Under the pieces are notes generated by a model. It ran no database searches and was not told the DNA's origin. It saw only the letters and a list, made by a program, of their open reading frames with translations. The position numbers were made by a program, and so were the translations under genes. Shown here piece after piece: positions 36,360 to 48,935 of a stretch of DNA of 64,000 nt. The first letter of the stretch is position 1. Each line of letters opens with the position of its first letter. Origin of the DNA: Tubulanus polymorphus (lineage: Eukaryota; Animalia; Nemertea); the NCBI RefSeq assembly GCF_964204645.1, contig NC_134027.1, positions 1,116,001-1,180,000 of the forward strand, given 5' to 3'.

Positions 36360-37800
36360 TGAGTGAAGTCAATGGAAAAACAACACATAACCTGCAATCT
36401 AATAACTGTTGATCAGTGCCCAATTTTGGTTAGAGATAACTTTGAAAGACTGCGAAACTGCCGGCCAGAATTTCTATGCTCGGATTGATGTTTTGATTTC
36501 AAACCTAACTGTAGAATAATTGTATGGTATGAATGTTATAACAGTCTCTGAGCGAATCGGGTCGGACTTGCTTTATAATTGACCCTCACCCACCAACAAC
36601 ACGCTGGTTAACCTTTGTCCATTTGGTTTAATTAGTTCTGGCTGATGATTGATGGACGAAAGTGGCCATTTTTCACACGTCGGCGCGGTATTCTTGTCAA
36701 AAGGTCGCCAATTACCAAAAGAAAGACCATCATCATGTTTAGTGGCGAATTTCGAACATAATTTACAGTTTGTGGTCGGCAAGACGAAATGATCCGCCAT
36801 CCCTGATGGGTCATTTGATCAGCGCAATAAGCACCGGGTATAATGACATCTTTACAGGGAATCATACTTCTGTTTTGCCTCGGGGACAACGCTGTAAGTC
36901 ACTGCGTTAACGACATGATTAGACCCAACATAGAGAATTAATCCACACGAAACGATGTATGTCAAATGAATCGGACACTCCCCTGATGCCCGTTTCATTT
37001 TGCAATCGTAGACATATATATATATAAACCGGCTTTATCTGACACTGTAATTTCGTCTCTGCTTCTCAATCTTGTTGGTAGCGAATGAGAACTAATTAGA
37101 CCTCGTTTGAGCCGGTGAAGAATAACAGTTTGTCCTGACACCCGGGGCCTCTTTCCGTGTTAACAAATGACTGTACGATGGTCTACCATTAGCATAGAGA
37201 TGAATCGGCAGTTTCCCGTGGGGTACCGACTGAGCTGCCGCACCGTCTCCTCCCGATACAGCTCCCTCGTTAGTTGGTTTACTTTTCATCAACAAACTTG
37301 ACATATTCTTTACAGAAGCGAATCTTTATTTTCAATGCGGGGCGATTCTGAAACCTATCTGTACAGAAATCAACTCCAGTCTCACTGACGTGTCTCCTTT
37401 TATATACGCGGCGTCCAGTTTTTCATTTTTTCTATCACCGCGGCCACAAGGGAAATAAACACGGCACAACCCACACCCACCGTCCTTTCAAAGAAACCTA
37501 TTCAACATTGATGACAGCGGTGTTGTGGAGCACGAGCGGTCATCTCGTACCCAGCATAGAAAGTCATCAATATCACTGCGCGAAATTCTACACTTTGTCG
37601 TGAGAAAAGTCACACATTTCTCGAATAAAACGCGTGACGTTTCTTTGAGCGGCGGTTGTTAATTTCGTTTCACTTGTTGACGGTCACAATAGGCCGGAAG
37701 CAGAACCATAAAATGGCGAGTTAAGCCGTTGGTAATTAGATGGACGATATGTTCCGTGTTGTATGAGCTGTTCCAAAGATAATATAACAAAAAGGAATAC

Positions 37801-37865
37801 GAGCCAACCCAGGAGCCGACCCAGGAGCCGACCCAGGAGCCGTCCCAGGAGCCGACTCAGGAGCG
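37801..37865. repeat. 12-bp minisatellite (GAGCCGACCCAG), about 5 copies
   Basis: Tandem units are visible directly. Confidence 0.92.
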
Positions 37866-38294
37866 AACACGTGTTTTGCTGAATAAATCTCAGTCCTCGA
37901 AGTTTTAGTCATTAAGGACACGTGGTCGTACAGAAAGGAGCATTTTATGTCTTCAAGTCGAATTGAACCGACTGAGACCGCGAGGCGAAAAGATATTCAA
38001 CCGCTTTATCGTCAGGTGATTACCCCAACGTGACCAAAGTTAGAAAATAAAATGGCGATTAAAGACAAATGGTCTTTTTTATTGAATGGTGGTAATTTGA
38101 TCATGTCACAAGAAGCTGTACGCAGGAATCATCGTTTGAAGGGTCTGCGTGGTCCAAGGGTGTTACTTCAATCCTTCAGAACCCACCGAGCGCCACTCGG
38201 GGCATTATTAGCAGGTTTCTTTTTCTTTCTCCAGAGAAGAAGTGTTTTAATCAACTCTTTTAGTGCTGCAGGGTCCTTTCGTGAACAAGTTAAA

Positions 38295-38620
38295 GCTCGG
38301 CTCGGCAGATCGGCTCGGCTCGGCTCGGCAGATCGGCTCAGCAGATCGGTTCGGTTCGGCTCGGCTCGGCTCGGCTCAGCAGATCGGTGCGGCTCGGATC
38401 GGCTCGGCTCGGCTCGGCTCGGCTCGGCTCGGCTCGGCTCGGCTCGGCTCGGCTCGGCAGATCAGCGCGGCTCGGCTCGGCTCAGCAGATCGGTGCGGCT
38501 CGGCTCGGCTCGGCTCGGCTCGGCTCGGCTCGGCTCAGCAGATCGGTGCGGCTCGGCTCGGCGCGGCTCGGCTCGGCTCAGCAGATCGGCGCGGCTCGGC
38601 TCGGCTCAGCAGATCGGTGG
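38295..38620. repeat. (GGCTC)n pentamer array interrupted by GCAGATCGG modules
   Basis: Visible directly; explains the three overlapping ARLGS ORFs. Confidence 0.95.
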
Positions 38621-39046
38621 CTAATTGAATTGAAGATTTATACGAGGCTGATTTATAGTGGGCCGTAATTATAACGGATGAGACGGTACTAATGAAAAAG
38701 CCTCTCAGATAATCGACAGTGTAAATTACACAGGCTACAGTTCATTGTTCCTCGCGCTTTCTCGATGATTATTCCCGCTAATATAAAGCCAAGATTGCTT
38801 TTTGTTGGTATTGCACACTGCTCATTTAGTGGTATGGACAGAGACATTGTTTGTATCTGCGTGGATTCGAGTTTAAACGCGCGGATCCGGTGTTTCAGAG
38901 GGGTGACCAATCGAATTGTACCGTTAACAGAATACACGAATACACAATAAACTACTGAGCGACAATCTGAAAACAATGAGCTCCCGCAGCTATTCGAATA
39001 CAACCTTCTGATCGTCTGTTTACAAGCTTCGGGGACTGTGTGCACT

Positions 39047-39243
39047 GAGTCAAGGCATTGATTTAAAACTGATAGATTTTAAAAGTTGGTCACAGGGCGA
39101 GTCCTAAATCTAAGCCATGTTTTTGCAACTGTACCTTAGTCTAAAGAGTCAAGGCATTGATTTAAAACTGATTGATTTGAAAAGTTGGTCACAGGGTGAG
39201 CCTAAATATAAGCCATGTCTGTGCAACTGTACCTAAGTCTAAG
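39047..39243. repeat. 99-bp tandem duplication, followed by a TIR-like end (CTTGGGCC, about 39277)
   Basis: GAGTCAAGGCATTGATTTAAAACTGAT starts at both 39047 and 39146. Confidence 0.85.
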
Positions 39244-40504
39244 ACGGTGGTTCAGACCAGTGGCCATGACTTGGGCCCAAAGATAACATACAGTGAAACT
39301 AGCTCCAGTTGTCGTAGATAGGACGATCGTAATGCTGACGAGTTATCAAAATGAAAAACAATCACACTGTCGTCTTAGTTAGTTGACATGAATAAGAATA
39401 TGTTTTATTCGACAACTTACAGTTAGTAACTTAAGCATGATATTTATTGGAATTAAAAATGTAGAGACGACTTCAGCGACCACGACTTAACCGAATTTGA
39501 CTGCATTGACTGCAATCTTTAGTTGAGTTATTTTCGGGCTTTGACCATTCATCCCGTGAGCACCATCACGATATATGGGAAAATCATATGCTGATTTAGT
39601 AGACAGAATCTCATGAATAAGAATGGAAAATCAAAACAAAAGTTTTCTCTTGTATTGAACGCGGACATTTTGACCAGATTTCCCTAAATCAATAGTTCAG
39701 GCATTCGACCGTGAGGAGGGTGAACGATAGGACTCGATTTTGTAAAAGCCACGTTTTGGATTAACATTCTGTAGAACACGCTGTATCCATACGTTCAAAA
39801 ATTTTCATTCCATTTGACGCAAATCCCTTGACAGTTTCATAAAAGACTCATAACCGACCGGGGCCAAGTCGGCGGCTGGTGGTGACCTGTCAAAGAGGAT
39901 TAACATCAAACCGAATCGCAACACCCCCGAGTTAAAAAATCCATCTCACAATGAACCCATTATATTTTCTGTCCTTGGTAATATAAATTTTAATCATTGT
40001 CTTGAGATCAGTTGAAATTGAAAAAAAATTGAAAAAAAGCGCGGATTTCGTTTTCATTGAAACGCGGCCATAAAATTTGAATAATTCAATCAAATCGTTG
40101 ATCGTTATATAATAAAATTCAAAAGCATGGCTTAAACGAACAAAGCGGACGTGGATCGAAGGCGACGTAACTGTATTTTACCGGGAATTAAACTCTATTT
40201 TATTGAAGCGAATATTCGTAACAAGTCGTGTACGATTTAATATTGCAAAAAAAGAAGTAATAAAACATTTCGCCTTCAACGCGACGACATTATTCCCTAC
40301 GACTTTTACATTGAATATAAAACATGGAATAATTTGTATTTTCGCACTAAAAATGATCTGACAGTTTGATTGCCCTACGTGAAAATGAAATCTAGGTTAC
40401 GTAAAATCGTGGAACTATTGGTTCAGAGTGCAAGCCATAGATTTGGACCTACACCAACACAAATGTAGGATTGGGCCCATAGAGTCAGATTTACTTAACT
40501 CACA

Positions 40505-41110
40505 CGGCTGTGGAACTGGATCCAGAGTCAGGATAAACCCACACTACTGTGGGACTGGGTCCAGAGTCACATTAAACCCACACAACTGTGGAACTGGGTC
40601 CAGAGTCAAATCAAATCCACACAACTATGGAACTGGGTCCAGAGTCACATTAAACCCACACTTCTGTGGAACTGGGTCCAGAGTCACATTAAACCCACAC
40701 TTCTGTCGAACTGGGTCCAGAGTCACATTAAACCCACACAACTGTGGAACTGGGTCCCGAGTCACATTAAACCCACACTTCTGTGGAACTGGGTCCAGAG
40801 TCACATTAAACCCACACTTCTGTGGAACTGGGTCCAGAGTCACATTAAACCCACACTACTGTGGAACTGGACCCAGAGTCACATTAAACCCAAACAACTG
40901 TGGAACTGAGTTCTGAGTCACATTAAACCAACACTTCTGTAGAACTGGGTCTAGAGTCACATTAAACCCACACAACTGTGGAACTGGACCCAGAGTCACA
41001 TTAAACCCACACAACTGTGGAACTGGACCCAGAGTCACATTAAACCCACACTTCCGTGGAACTGGACCCAGAGTCACATTAAACCCACACGACTGTCGAA
41101 CCAACTGTGG
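40505..41110. repeat. 39-bp minisatellite (CTGTGGAACTGGGTCCAGAGTCACATTAAACCCACACWW), about 15 copies
   Basis: Near-identical tandem units. Degenerate relatives at 41760-41970, 57960-58125 and 63950-64000. Confidence 0.97.
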
Positions 41111-42761
41111 GTCCAATGTCAAATCATCCACATTTAGCGTCGGTTTGAGCATAACGAATAGTCTATGTTCTGAGTTGGTAACTCACTGTCCGCTACTGGT
41201 TATAACGATGACCAGTCACACATTGAACATTTTGCGCTGTGTCATAAATGTAAGATTCCGAGCACGAAACGACGATGAATGGTGAGAATTGTAAATCAGA
41301 ATCCCTCAATGAATTGTGAGATTCCTGATAATACTATCAGCCGTGGCGCACGTCGTAACTGTATCATTATTCTGTTAAACAAATACCCGGGATTTATCGG
41401 CACAATTCAACTAAGCGAGGTGTTTGACGTGAAATTGAGCAGAAATTCCAAATGAAATTAGATCTCTAATTATGAATGAACGTGCTGGGTTTAGTCGGGT
41501 TAATTCACTAGGCCTAGGTATCAATAATTCTGTGTCGGTGTATTAGCGAGCGGCAGGATCACGATAGATTAGCCTAACAATGCCAACTGGATATTGTTGG
41601 GTGGAGTCGTTCATTTCATATTCCGCCCGTGATTAAAATACTTCAGGTATGGCGACGAAGCAACATCTGCCTCCATTTGTCTTTTGGAAGGAATTGTTGG
41701 CCGTCTTTTTCATCAGCGCTCAAAAAAATGATTAACAATTTACGACGAAAACCGACTTAAACCCGCACGCAACTGTGGAGTGGGAAAATTAAACCCACAC
41801 AACTGTGGAACTCTGTTCGGAGTCAGATTGAACCCACATAACTGAGAAACTGGACCCAGAGTCAGGTTGAGCACAACTGTGGAGTTGGAATGAAAATAAA
41901 CCCACACAACTGTGGTTCCAAGTCAAATGAAACCAACGTAAATTGTAGAACTGGATTCAGAGTCAAATTAAAAACTCATTGGTGTTGAATGTTTAGGGAA
42001 CCGAAACTAACCCCGATCATCATTGTCATAAACAGCGAAATATTGTAAATCAATTGCGTCAGTGTTTGTGTGTAAAGTTTGAGCGTAGGATTGGTCGATT
42101 ACAGGCTGATAATAAAGTGGTCCTAAAATCATAAAATAACCACATAATTCCCACACACTGCGATTGGGGTCGTTAGTTACGGTCATAAAAACCAGACTTA
42201 ACAATGTATTCATTAGACGCATTAGACAGCGTTAATGAAACGACGAAGCCATAATAATGTTTACCCTGTCGACGAGAAGGTAACGAATGTTAGCGGACTA
42301 TTGTGCTTACTAATTCATGGGCCCGAATGACATCTGGGGGCCTGGTCACCGATTTGTTTTGATTATTGTAGCCCTATTGTGCACCGAAATAGGAAACTAG
42401 TTGTAAAAAGTTGCGAATCAAAAGCTTTTATGAGATCGGTGACAAATTTAGTTCACGCGTTTATAATTCAAAAAGTCCGCGAAATGGAAAAGACGTTTGA
42501 AATAGACTATAAGTCAAGTAGCGCGTAAGAAGACAGGGAGATTTCGGGAAAGGACGAGTTGAAGCTTAAAATAGAATCGAGTTGTGCGGTGTTGTGATTA
42601 AGATTTGAGTTAACTAATTCACAATTGGATCCTGGTGGGATATTATGACGGTTATGCATGAAACCTAGCCTGGTCATAGCTTTAGTTCTGGTCGCGAATC
42701 TTTGATAGAAGTTTTCAATTTGTTCTAAGCTGATCTCGAAGACGATGTCGAAACACTTTCG

Positions 42762-42873
42762 AACCAGTTCCGCAGTTATATGAGATCAGATTTGTGTAAA
42801 TGTTAACTCATGAAAATAAGCTGATTATAAGTTAACTGAGTCCATGCTCTAACTCGCACTGTGGAACTGGTTC
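42762..42873. mobile_element. MITE, family A
   Basis: TIRs ACCAGTTCCGCAG / CTGTGGAACTGGT. Confidence 0.7.
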
Positions 42874-43403
42874 CTGGAGTTCTGACAGAGAGAAATTAAC
42901 AAATCAGGAAGCATTGGAAGTGGTGATTTGGTTGAGTCCCCGTGAGGTAGTTATCGCTAGTATTAACGGTTTTATGGTCGCACTGGTTTACAGAGATAAT
43001 CTTTACCTGCTCATCCACATCAGATGTGATACGAATCCGGTATTAACAGCGAACAGCTCATAAAAATAGCGGTGGTCAACGAGAGTTAAAACAAGAATTC
43101 AGTAACTAACTTGTCGGTTGAAATCTGAGGTTTAAACATTGAAAATGAACTTCATAATTCTAACTCGAAACTTTGGAACTGGTATCGGGATATTAGGATA
43201 ACAAAATATTCCAATTTGACATCAACTCCATTTTCATACATCTGACATAAATTGATTTTGACAAAAAGGGAACTGATAGTTGCAGAGGTGCAGGGTATAT
43301 TCGGAAGATAGAACATTCTAATTTCATTTCGACCCGCAAACACGATCTTAATATTTCACAATGATAACACGCACCTTACATATTAGGATAGCAAAATGAC
43401 CAG

Positions 43404-43533
43404 GGCCCAGTTTCACAAACAAAAATTAACTCAAATTTTTTATCTAATTGCTATTGGTTACTTCATTTCTTCGATGAGGACAACAATTAAAACTTAACCG
43501 TTTTAGGCTAAAACTTTTTCGTGAAACTGGGTC
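43404..43533. mobile_element. 130-bp MITE, PIF/Harbinger-like, CAG TSD
   Basis: CAG|GGCCCAGTTTCACAAA...TTCGTGAAACTGGGTC|CAG. TIRs match at 14 of 16 positions and the 3-bp TSD is exact. Confidence 0.85.
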
Positions 43534-44198
43534 CAGTGCATCAAAAAGTTGTCATAATCTAGAGTTAAAAAACATTTGACATGAGTTCAGAAACAAATCA
43601 AATTTCATCAAAGAACAGTCGAAATGGGCGCAGGATATTCGGATTACAAAATATTCTAATTCGATTTCAAAGCCCATACACCGTCTTAACATTGCGCGGC
43701 GCAATGATAAATTGCACCTTTTTCTATCTCTTGAAATTAATGTTTAACCTTCCTTGGAATTAAAAAAACTTATTGAATAAAAAACAGATTTTTCAATAGT
43801 CAATTGAATATTAAGCTTTAGCGTTAAATCGCGTCGTTAATTTACTTAGGAAGGTAATCTTTATTTCTAACTCATCTCTGACCTTTTCTGAAATCCGCGG
43901 AACACGATTTATCATCAGGTGAGGTTGTTAAGGATTATTGTCGGTTCGAAACCCGATTTCAGAAAGAAAGACTCGTTAAAACTGGTCGAACTGAACACAA
44001 AGCGCCATTAGACTCTGTTCCACTGTTTGTCTTTAGTATTAAAACCTGATTATACATTCGTTTATTCAATAGCGTGAAAAGCTTTCAAAAAATCAATTAT
44101 TGAAATTTCCAAAAAAAAAAATTCTAGCATCATAAATTAGTTTTTGTTACGGAGACTTTTTGTGTTCGCAGGTGAGTTGAAATTAACTGAACCATGTG

Positions 44199-44212
44199 GC
44201 GCCCCCTAGTGG
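44199..44212 (-). promoter_or_regulatory. Consensus CTCF motif
   Basis: Minus strand CCACTAGGGGGCGC, an exact CTCF core consensus. Confidence 0.65.
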
Positions 44213-44239
44213 AATTGTCTTGTGCCGTAGGTTATACTA

Positions 44240-44547
44240 AAGGACGTGTCTTGTACCGTATTCTGGATAACCACCTACAGAGATGTTAAGTAAGTAGGTA
44301 AAAACCTTGAGTCGATGATATGAACATCTATTGTCTGACTTCTGTCCATAATTTTTGTTTCTCGATGGACTGTCGGTTTCAACACGCCCCCTGGATATTA
44401 CCCCTATAAAAGATTCTAAGTGTATGTGATATTTTAGAAATTGATCCTTGAATGTGTTCATCTTTCTTATTTCATATTTGTATATTCTCATGCATCTCTT
44501 TATGACAGGTTGTAATTTAATGTGGAAATAAAACTATTATTATTAGA
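44240..44547 (+). mobile_element. Decayed 3' end of a LINE-like retroelement
   Basis: A degenerate frame (FNTPLDITPIKDSKCM*YFRN) loosely resembles the WNxLP...FK tail of CR1/L2-group ORF2. The segment ends in AATAAA followed by an (ATT)n tail. Confidence 0.4.
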
Positions 44548-44804
44548 TAATTATTATCTTGATACGGTTCCTACTTAAAACCCTCGACTCATTTTTTTTT
44601 ACTGAAAAATGAAAACAAAAAATTCTTTGAAACGAAAGCAAAAAGCTAATTTTCATATCAATTAATTGCGCAATGTGATACAATAATAACAAACACCTTT
44701 TAGCGATTGTTGAACAATAAAGACACGTTTCAACAATAATAATTGGGCCTTCATGAAAAATTCATTCCGATGATTTCCTGCCAGATTTTACGATCCGGTC
44801 GTAG

Positions 44805-44855
44805 CTGTAGCAGCAGCAGCAGCAGCGGCAGCAGCAGCGGCAGCAGCAGCAGTAG
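44805..44855. repeat. (GCA)n trinucleotide repeat, imperfect
   Basis: Visible directly. Confidence 0.92.
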
Positions 44856-45211
44856 CTTTTTCATTAGGTATTGTACATTAACACTGCAAGTGAACGATAA
44901 ATCAAAGGCGAACTAGGAAATTATATTGTCTCCGAGATTTTCGGCCACTTTTCAACGAAGCCATATTTCATAGAGAACCGCGGATCTGACATGGTTGGAC
45001 AAATTGCTACACGAAGTAAAGTGATCGTTTCGTGGACGACTCTGGCTCGTATTATGACTGTAATATGACTAGTTACGACAGGCTCGCCCGTGACAGATTC
45101 TATGTATTGAGTGACGCGCAGACTAGCCTGTACTGGGTGACAGGCTCACCCGTGATAGGATCGAATGGGTTTAAGCTTTTCGGATTGAGTTGCCTCGGCC
45201 CAAACAGGCAC

Positions 45212-45346
45212 GGGTCCATTTTGGTGATCGGTTCCATAGTCGAGAATGAAGTAAAAAAGTGATCTTAAATCTTAAGTTGTTAGATTGGTTATAAAACTGA
45301 ACACGGTCTTAGACGTGTCTTAAGTCGAAGCCTGTACAACTGGGTC
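45212..45346. mobile_element. MITE, family B
   Basis: CTTAAGTTGTTAGATTGGTTATA core; right end AACTGGGTC followed by CTG. Confidence 0.6.
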
Positions 45347-45771
45347 CTGTATTTGAAATACCATTGCGACCCGTGTTAGATTTCTACCCAAAATGGACAC
45401 TTCGTGTAAGATCCAAGAATTTCTTTCTTTCGAAACGCACCCAAATGATCCGTTAACTTTGAATCATTCATTACCTATAGTCGTGCCCACTCTTTCCTGG
45501 GAAAATCAGGTATAAAGGATGTGAAACATTAGCACATTCCACGCGTAGGAAGTCTTACACATTCTCGGTCGGATTCTATGACAGTTAGGATTTTCCGCTG
45601 TTAGTTCTGACACACGAACTCAACACGTGCTCGGGATGTTGCGTTTCATCAACCGAAAAACGAGCAACAGTTGAAGAAATACGAAAAAAATCCCTTTAAA
45701 CTTCGGGTTGAATTTCATCGAATTTACGATTCATCTTTAAGCTTTCTACGAATAACCCGGTTCTTAATTAG

Positions 45772-46112
45772 AGCCAGTTCCATAGACAAGACTTGAAAAC
45801 TTTGAAACATTTTCATCGTGTATGAATAACTAAGCTGAGGATCTATATAAGGAAAAATTCTATAAAACCGAACCTAGGTTGAGGATTTGTCCCTAGGGAT
45901 AACTATGATAGCCATAAGTCTATGAAACAGGGCCCAGGTGTTAACGATATAGCCTTAGGGATAACTTTGATGCCCAGTCCATAACAGAGCACATTTTTGT
46001 CCCTAGGGATAACTTTGATAGCTCAATCAGTCTATGATGGCTCAGGTTATAGATTTTCTTACTTATCCAATTATAAGGATGATTTTATCATCAATAGCTT
46101 ATGAAACTGGGA
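45772..46112. mobile_element. Two adjacent MITE-like copies with CCCTAGGGATAAC subrepeats
   Basis: Termini CCAGTTCCATAG...CTATGAAACAGGGCC|CAG and GCCCAGTCCATA...TATGAAACTGGG. TAGGGATAAC occurs three times. Confidence 0.55.
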
Positions 46113-48477
46113 TTTCTTTTTTAGTTTTTTTTTTCTAAGACCAAACTAAACGGAATTCCGAAGAGGTGATTTATTTACTACAAAAAGCTTTTCTCGGTAA
46201 ATGGCCGAAAAGCTTCGAATCAATTTCCGAAACACTTTGACGTAACACGAGAGAAGTCATCTGTTTCGCGTTAACTGCGTTAATCAGGTGTGCTCATATT
46301 TTTATCGTTCTCCGTGCATCTTGCGTCAATGTGTCCCTCAATGCGCACATGTACCTCTGATTCGAGCAGTGCGTATCACCTGGCGTTAAGATGGCCGCCA
46401 TCAGCGTGCACCTGCAGCAGCTTACTGCAGCCTTGTGGTCGTTTACACTCGTGTGTGCCGGCGCCATTTTACTTCCTGGATGACGTCATGCGTGAAATGT
46501 CTTGCGGTTCGAATCCGCACTAAATTAACCCTTAGTGATAAAAAGTGAAATTTTTTGCCGGGGTGAATCTGAGAGGGCACACCCTTAGAATATCAAATTA
46601 TGAAAAAAAAATATATTTTTGCGTTATAAAGCTTTTCTTCGTTTTTTCCAGGAAAATAAGTTGATATTTTTATGAGCTTTCGAATTTCTAATCAATTCAA
46701 AATTAATTTCATTATAAAGTAAAAAAATTGATTCAAGTAATAAAAGTTAACTTTCCAGTAGAATTTCGATTTTGCACCGAACCATGGAACTTGAACAGTT
46801 CAAGACGTCTGCCTTACGTAACACGTTATAGTTCAATTTCAATTATGAAATTCAAAAGAAGTTAATTTCTATTAAATCGAATTGAGGTTTTAATTGTGTG
46901 TATTCACGCGCACCTGTCACGGGCACCTGTTTAGGTTTTCTTATATCATCAAACATGTAACTGAAGAATTCCCTTAAGTGTCGTTGAGTATCGAGAGCTA
47001 GAGAGGTTATTCATTAATTAGCTCGTGTAACAGAAGCGCTGAAGACAGACGATCAGCTACTTCAGTTCGGGAAGCATTTCAGGTGTTTCAGGTGTTTCAG
47101 GTGTGTTTACCTTGTGTCGAGTAGTTGTGTAGGTGTGTTTCGAAAATGGAAGTATAAATAACCGATTTGAAGCGTCCCGTCTGTGATCGAATTCTCAACA
47201 ACCACTCGTCATCAATTAAGATATCGAGAATGATCATAATTTTCCGCGCCGTGAACAGCGCAGACGTCCATTACTCGGGAACGACTCAATCGATTTGTTT
47301 ATGGGCTATTACACAATTGGAGCTCTCTTCAGCAGCGAACTCAGCGGTCCTTACAATCTAGAGCAGGTGTTCCCGGTGGGATCAGTCCCCGGCTAATCTT
47401 TCGTTGGATTTTCCCGTTTCGGCCAGCGTGCACCTTGCAGTTGATTAGATCCGACACGAGTTGTCGGTTAATTGTGAACACGTCGTTTCGTCGTATCAAA
47501 GGATTCGTCGTTTGTTCTGTTTTTAGTTCTCCTCTCAATACGCGCACAGATACATGTGCTTAGCTCAATAAAGCATTAATTAAGCTCGACTGCAGTTCTA
47601 GGGACGCTCTCATAAAAATTTACTGTTCAATTAGAAAAGCGTTGTCCTGAAACGGGCCCCTGAACTGAACTCGGTCAAGGGGTACAAAAATTGACCTGCA
47701 AACTGATTGAAATCAGTCTTAAAGACTTATATTTTGGAGAACTTTTCATTTGGACTTTCATTATATAATAATCTACTTATTTCTGGAAATCAGAAATAAG
47801 TAGATTGAAATTCTAAGACGGAAAAGTTGAAATTAGATGTACATTTATACGACTGGCGTCTCTTTCTTGCAGTAATAATCAAGCTGATTTTTGTCATCAT
47901 TTATAGCACCGAATCTTCTTCCGACCACTTGATATTCTACGCCTGATTGGTAGCGTACAAGTGCCTCACGCAATCCGTCAGAAGATCATTTTCCCCCGAA
48001 CCGAGTCTAGAAAATCGTTCGTCGCTTGTTTGTTCCACTTCGTGTAGGAATAATTGGAAATTCACTTTCTGCTCGTATGACTGGCCATAAACCAGTAATA
48101 AGCAAGTAATTTTACGGCTAGGATAAGACAAACAATTTAGTTCACCGGGGATTAATGATCATTCGGCTGGTTAATCAATATCGTCAGCTAATTATACCCT
48201 CCTTCACCGCACCACGCACGCCACGCACTGACTGTCACGCACAACTCGCGTGTTCGCAGACATATCGCTGTAACTGAACTTAAATATTTTATCACCGACA
48301 TATTTTGATAATTTGATATTACGCACAAGACGTTTCGTGGCATCTGTGCTGAAACTTTGCTATGATTATCGTAGAGTTGACTCTTTGATGAGTCTCGATG
48401 CTTTGACAGACGATCATTATGTTGACGACCTTGCACCTGGTAGATTGAATTAAATACATTTTTGGACCCCAAAGTAG

Positions 48478-48935
48478 TTCTCTCGCCTCTCTCCTTTCAC
48501 TCTCCTCTCCTCTCGCCTCTCTCCTCGCTCCTCTCCCCTCTCCTCTCCCCTCTCTCCGCTCCCCCTCTCCTCTCCCCCTCTCCTCTCCCCTCTCTCCTCT
48601 CCCCCTCTCTCCTCTCTTATCTCTCCTCTCTCTTCTGCTCTCCGCTCCCCCTCTCCTCTCCCCTCTCTCCTCTCCCCCTCTCTCCTCTCTTATCTCTCCT
48701 CTCTCTTCTGCTCTCTGCCCTCTCTCTCCCCTCTCCCCTCTGCCCTCTACCTCACTCCCCCTCTCCCCACTATTCTCCCTCTCCCACTCCCACTATCTCA
48801 CCCTCCTCTCTCTCCCTCTCCTCTCTCTCCCTCTCCTCTCTCTCCCCTCTCCCTCCAACCGTCTCCCCTCTCCCCCTCTCTCCCCTCTCCCTCCAACTCT
48901 CTCCCCTCTCTCCACCACTCTCTCCCTCTTCGCCT
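48478..48935. repeat. About 450-bp polypyrimidine (C/T) low-complexity tract
   Basis: Almost only C and T on the plus strand. The Leu/Ser/Pro ORF over it is an artefact. Confidence 0.97.

Noticed and set aside
38052-38668. ARLGS-repeat ORFs
   Set aside because: They are translations of a pentamer microsatellite that is open in all three frames.
40505-41110. 39-bp and 45-bp arrays as CRISPR arrays, or the CGTGSRV and 13-aa repeat ORFs as genes
   Set aside because: The units are contiguous with no unique spacers, there are no cas genes and the context is eukaryotic. Unit lengths divisible by 3 explain open frames on both strands.
45894-46013. TAGGGATAAC x3 resembling the I-SceI site
   Set aside because: Only 10 of 18 nt match, and they are internal MITE subrepeats.
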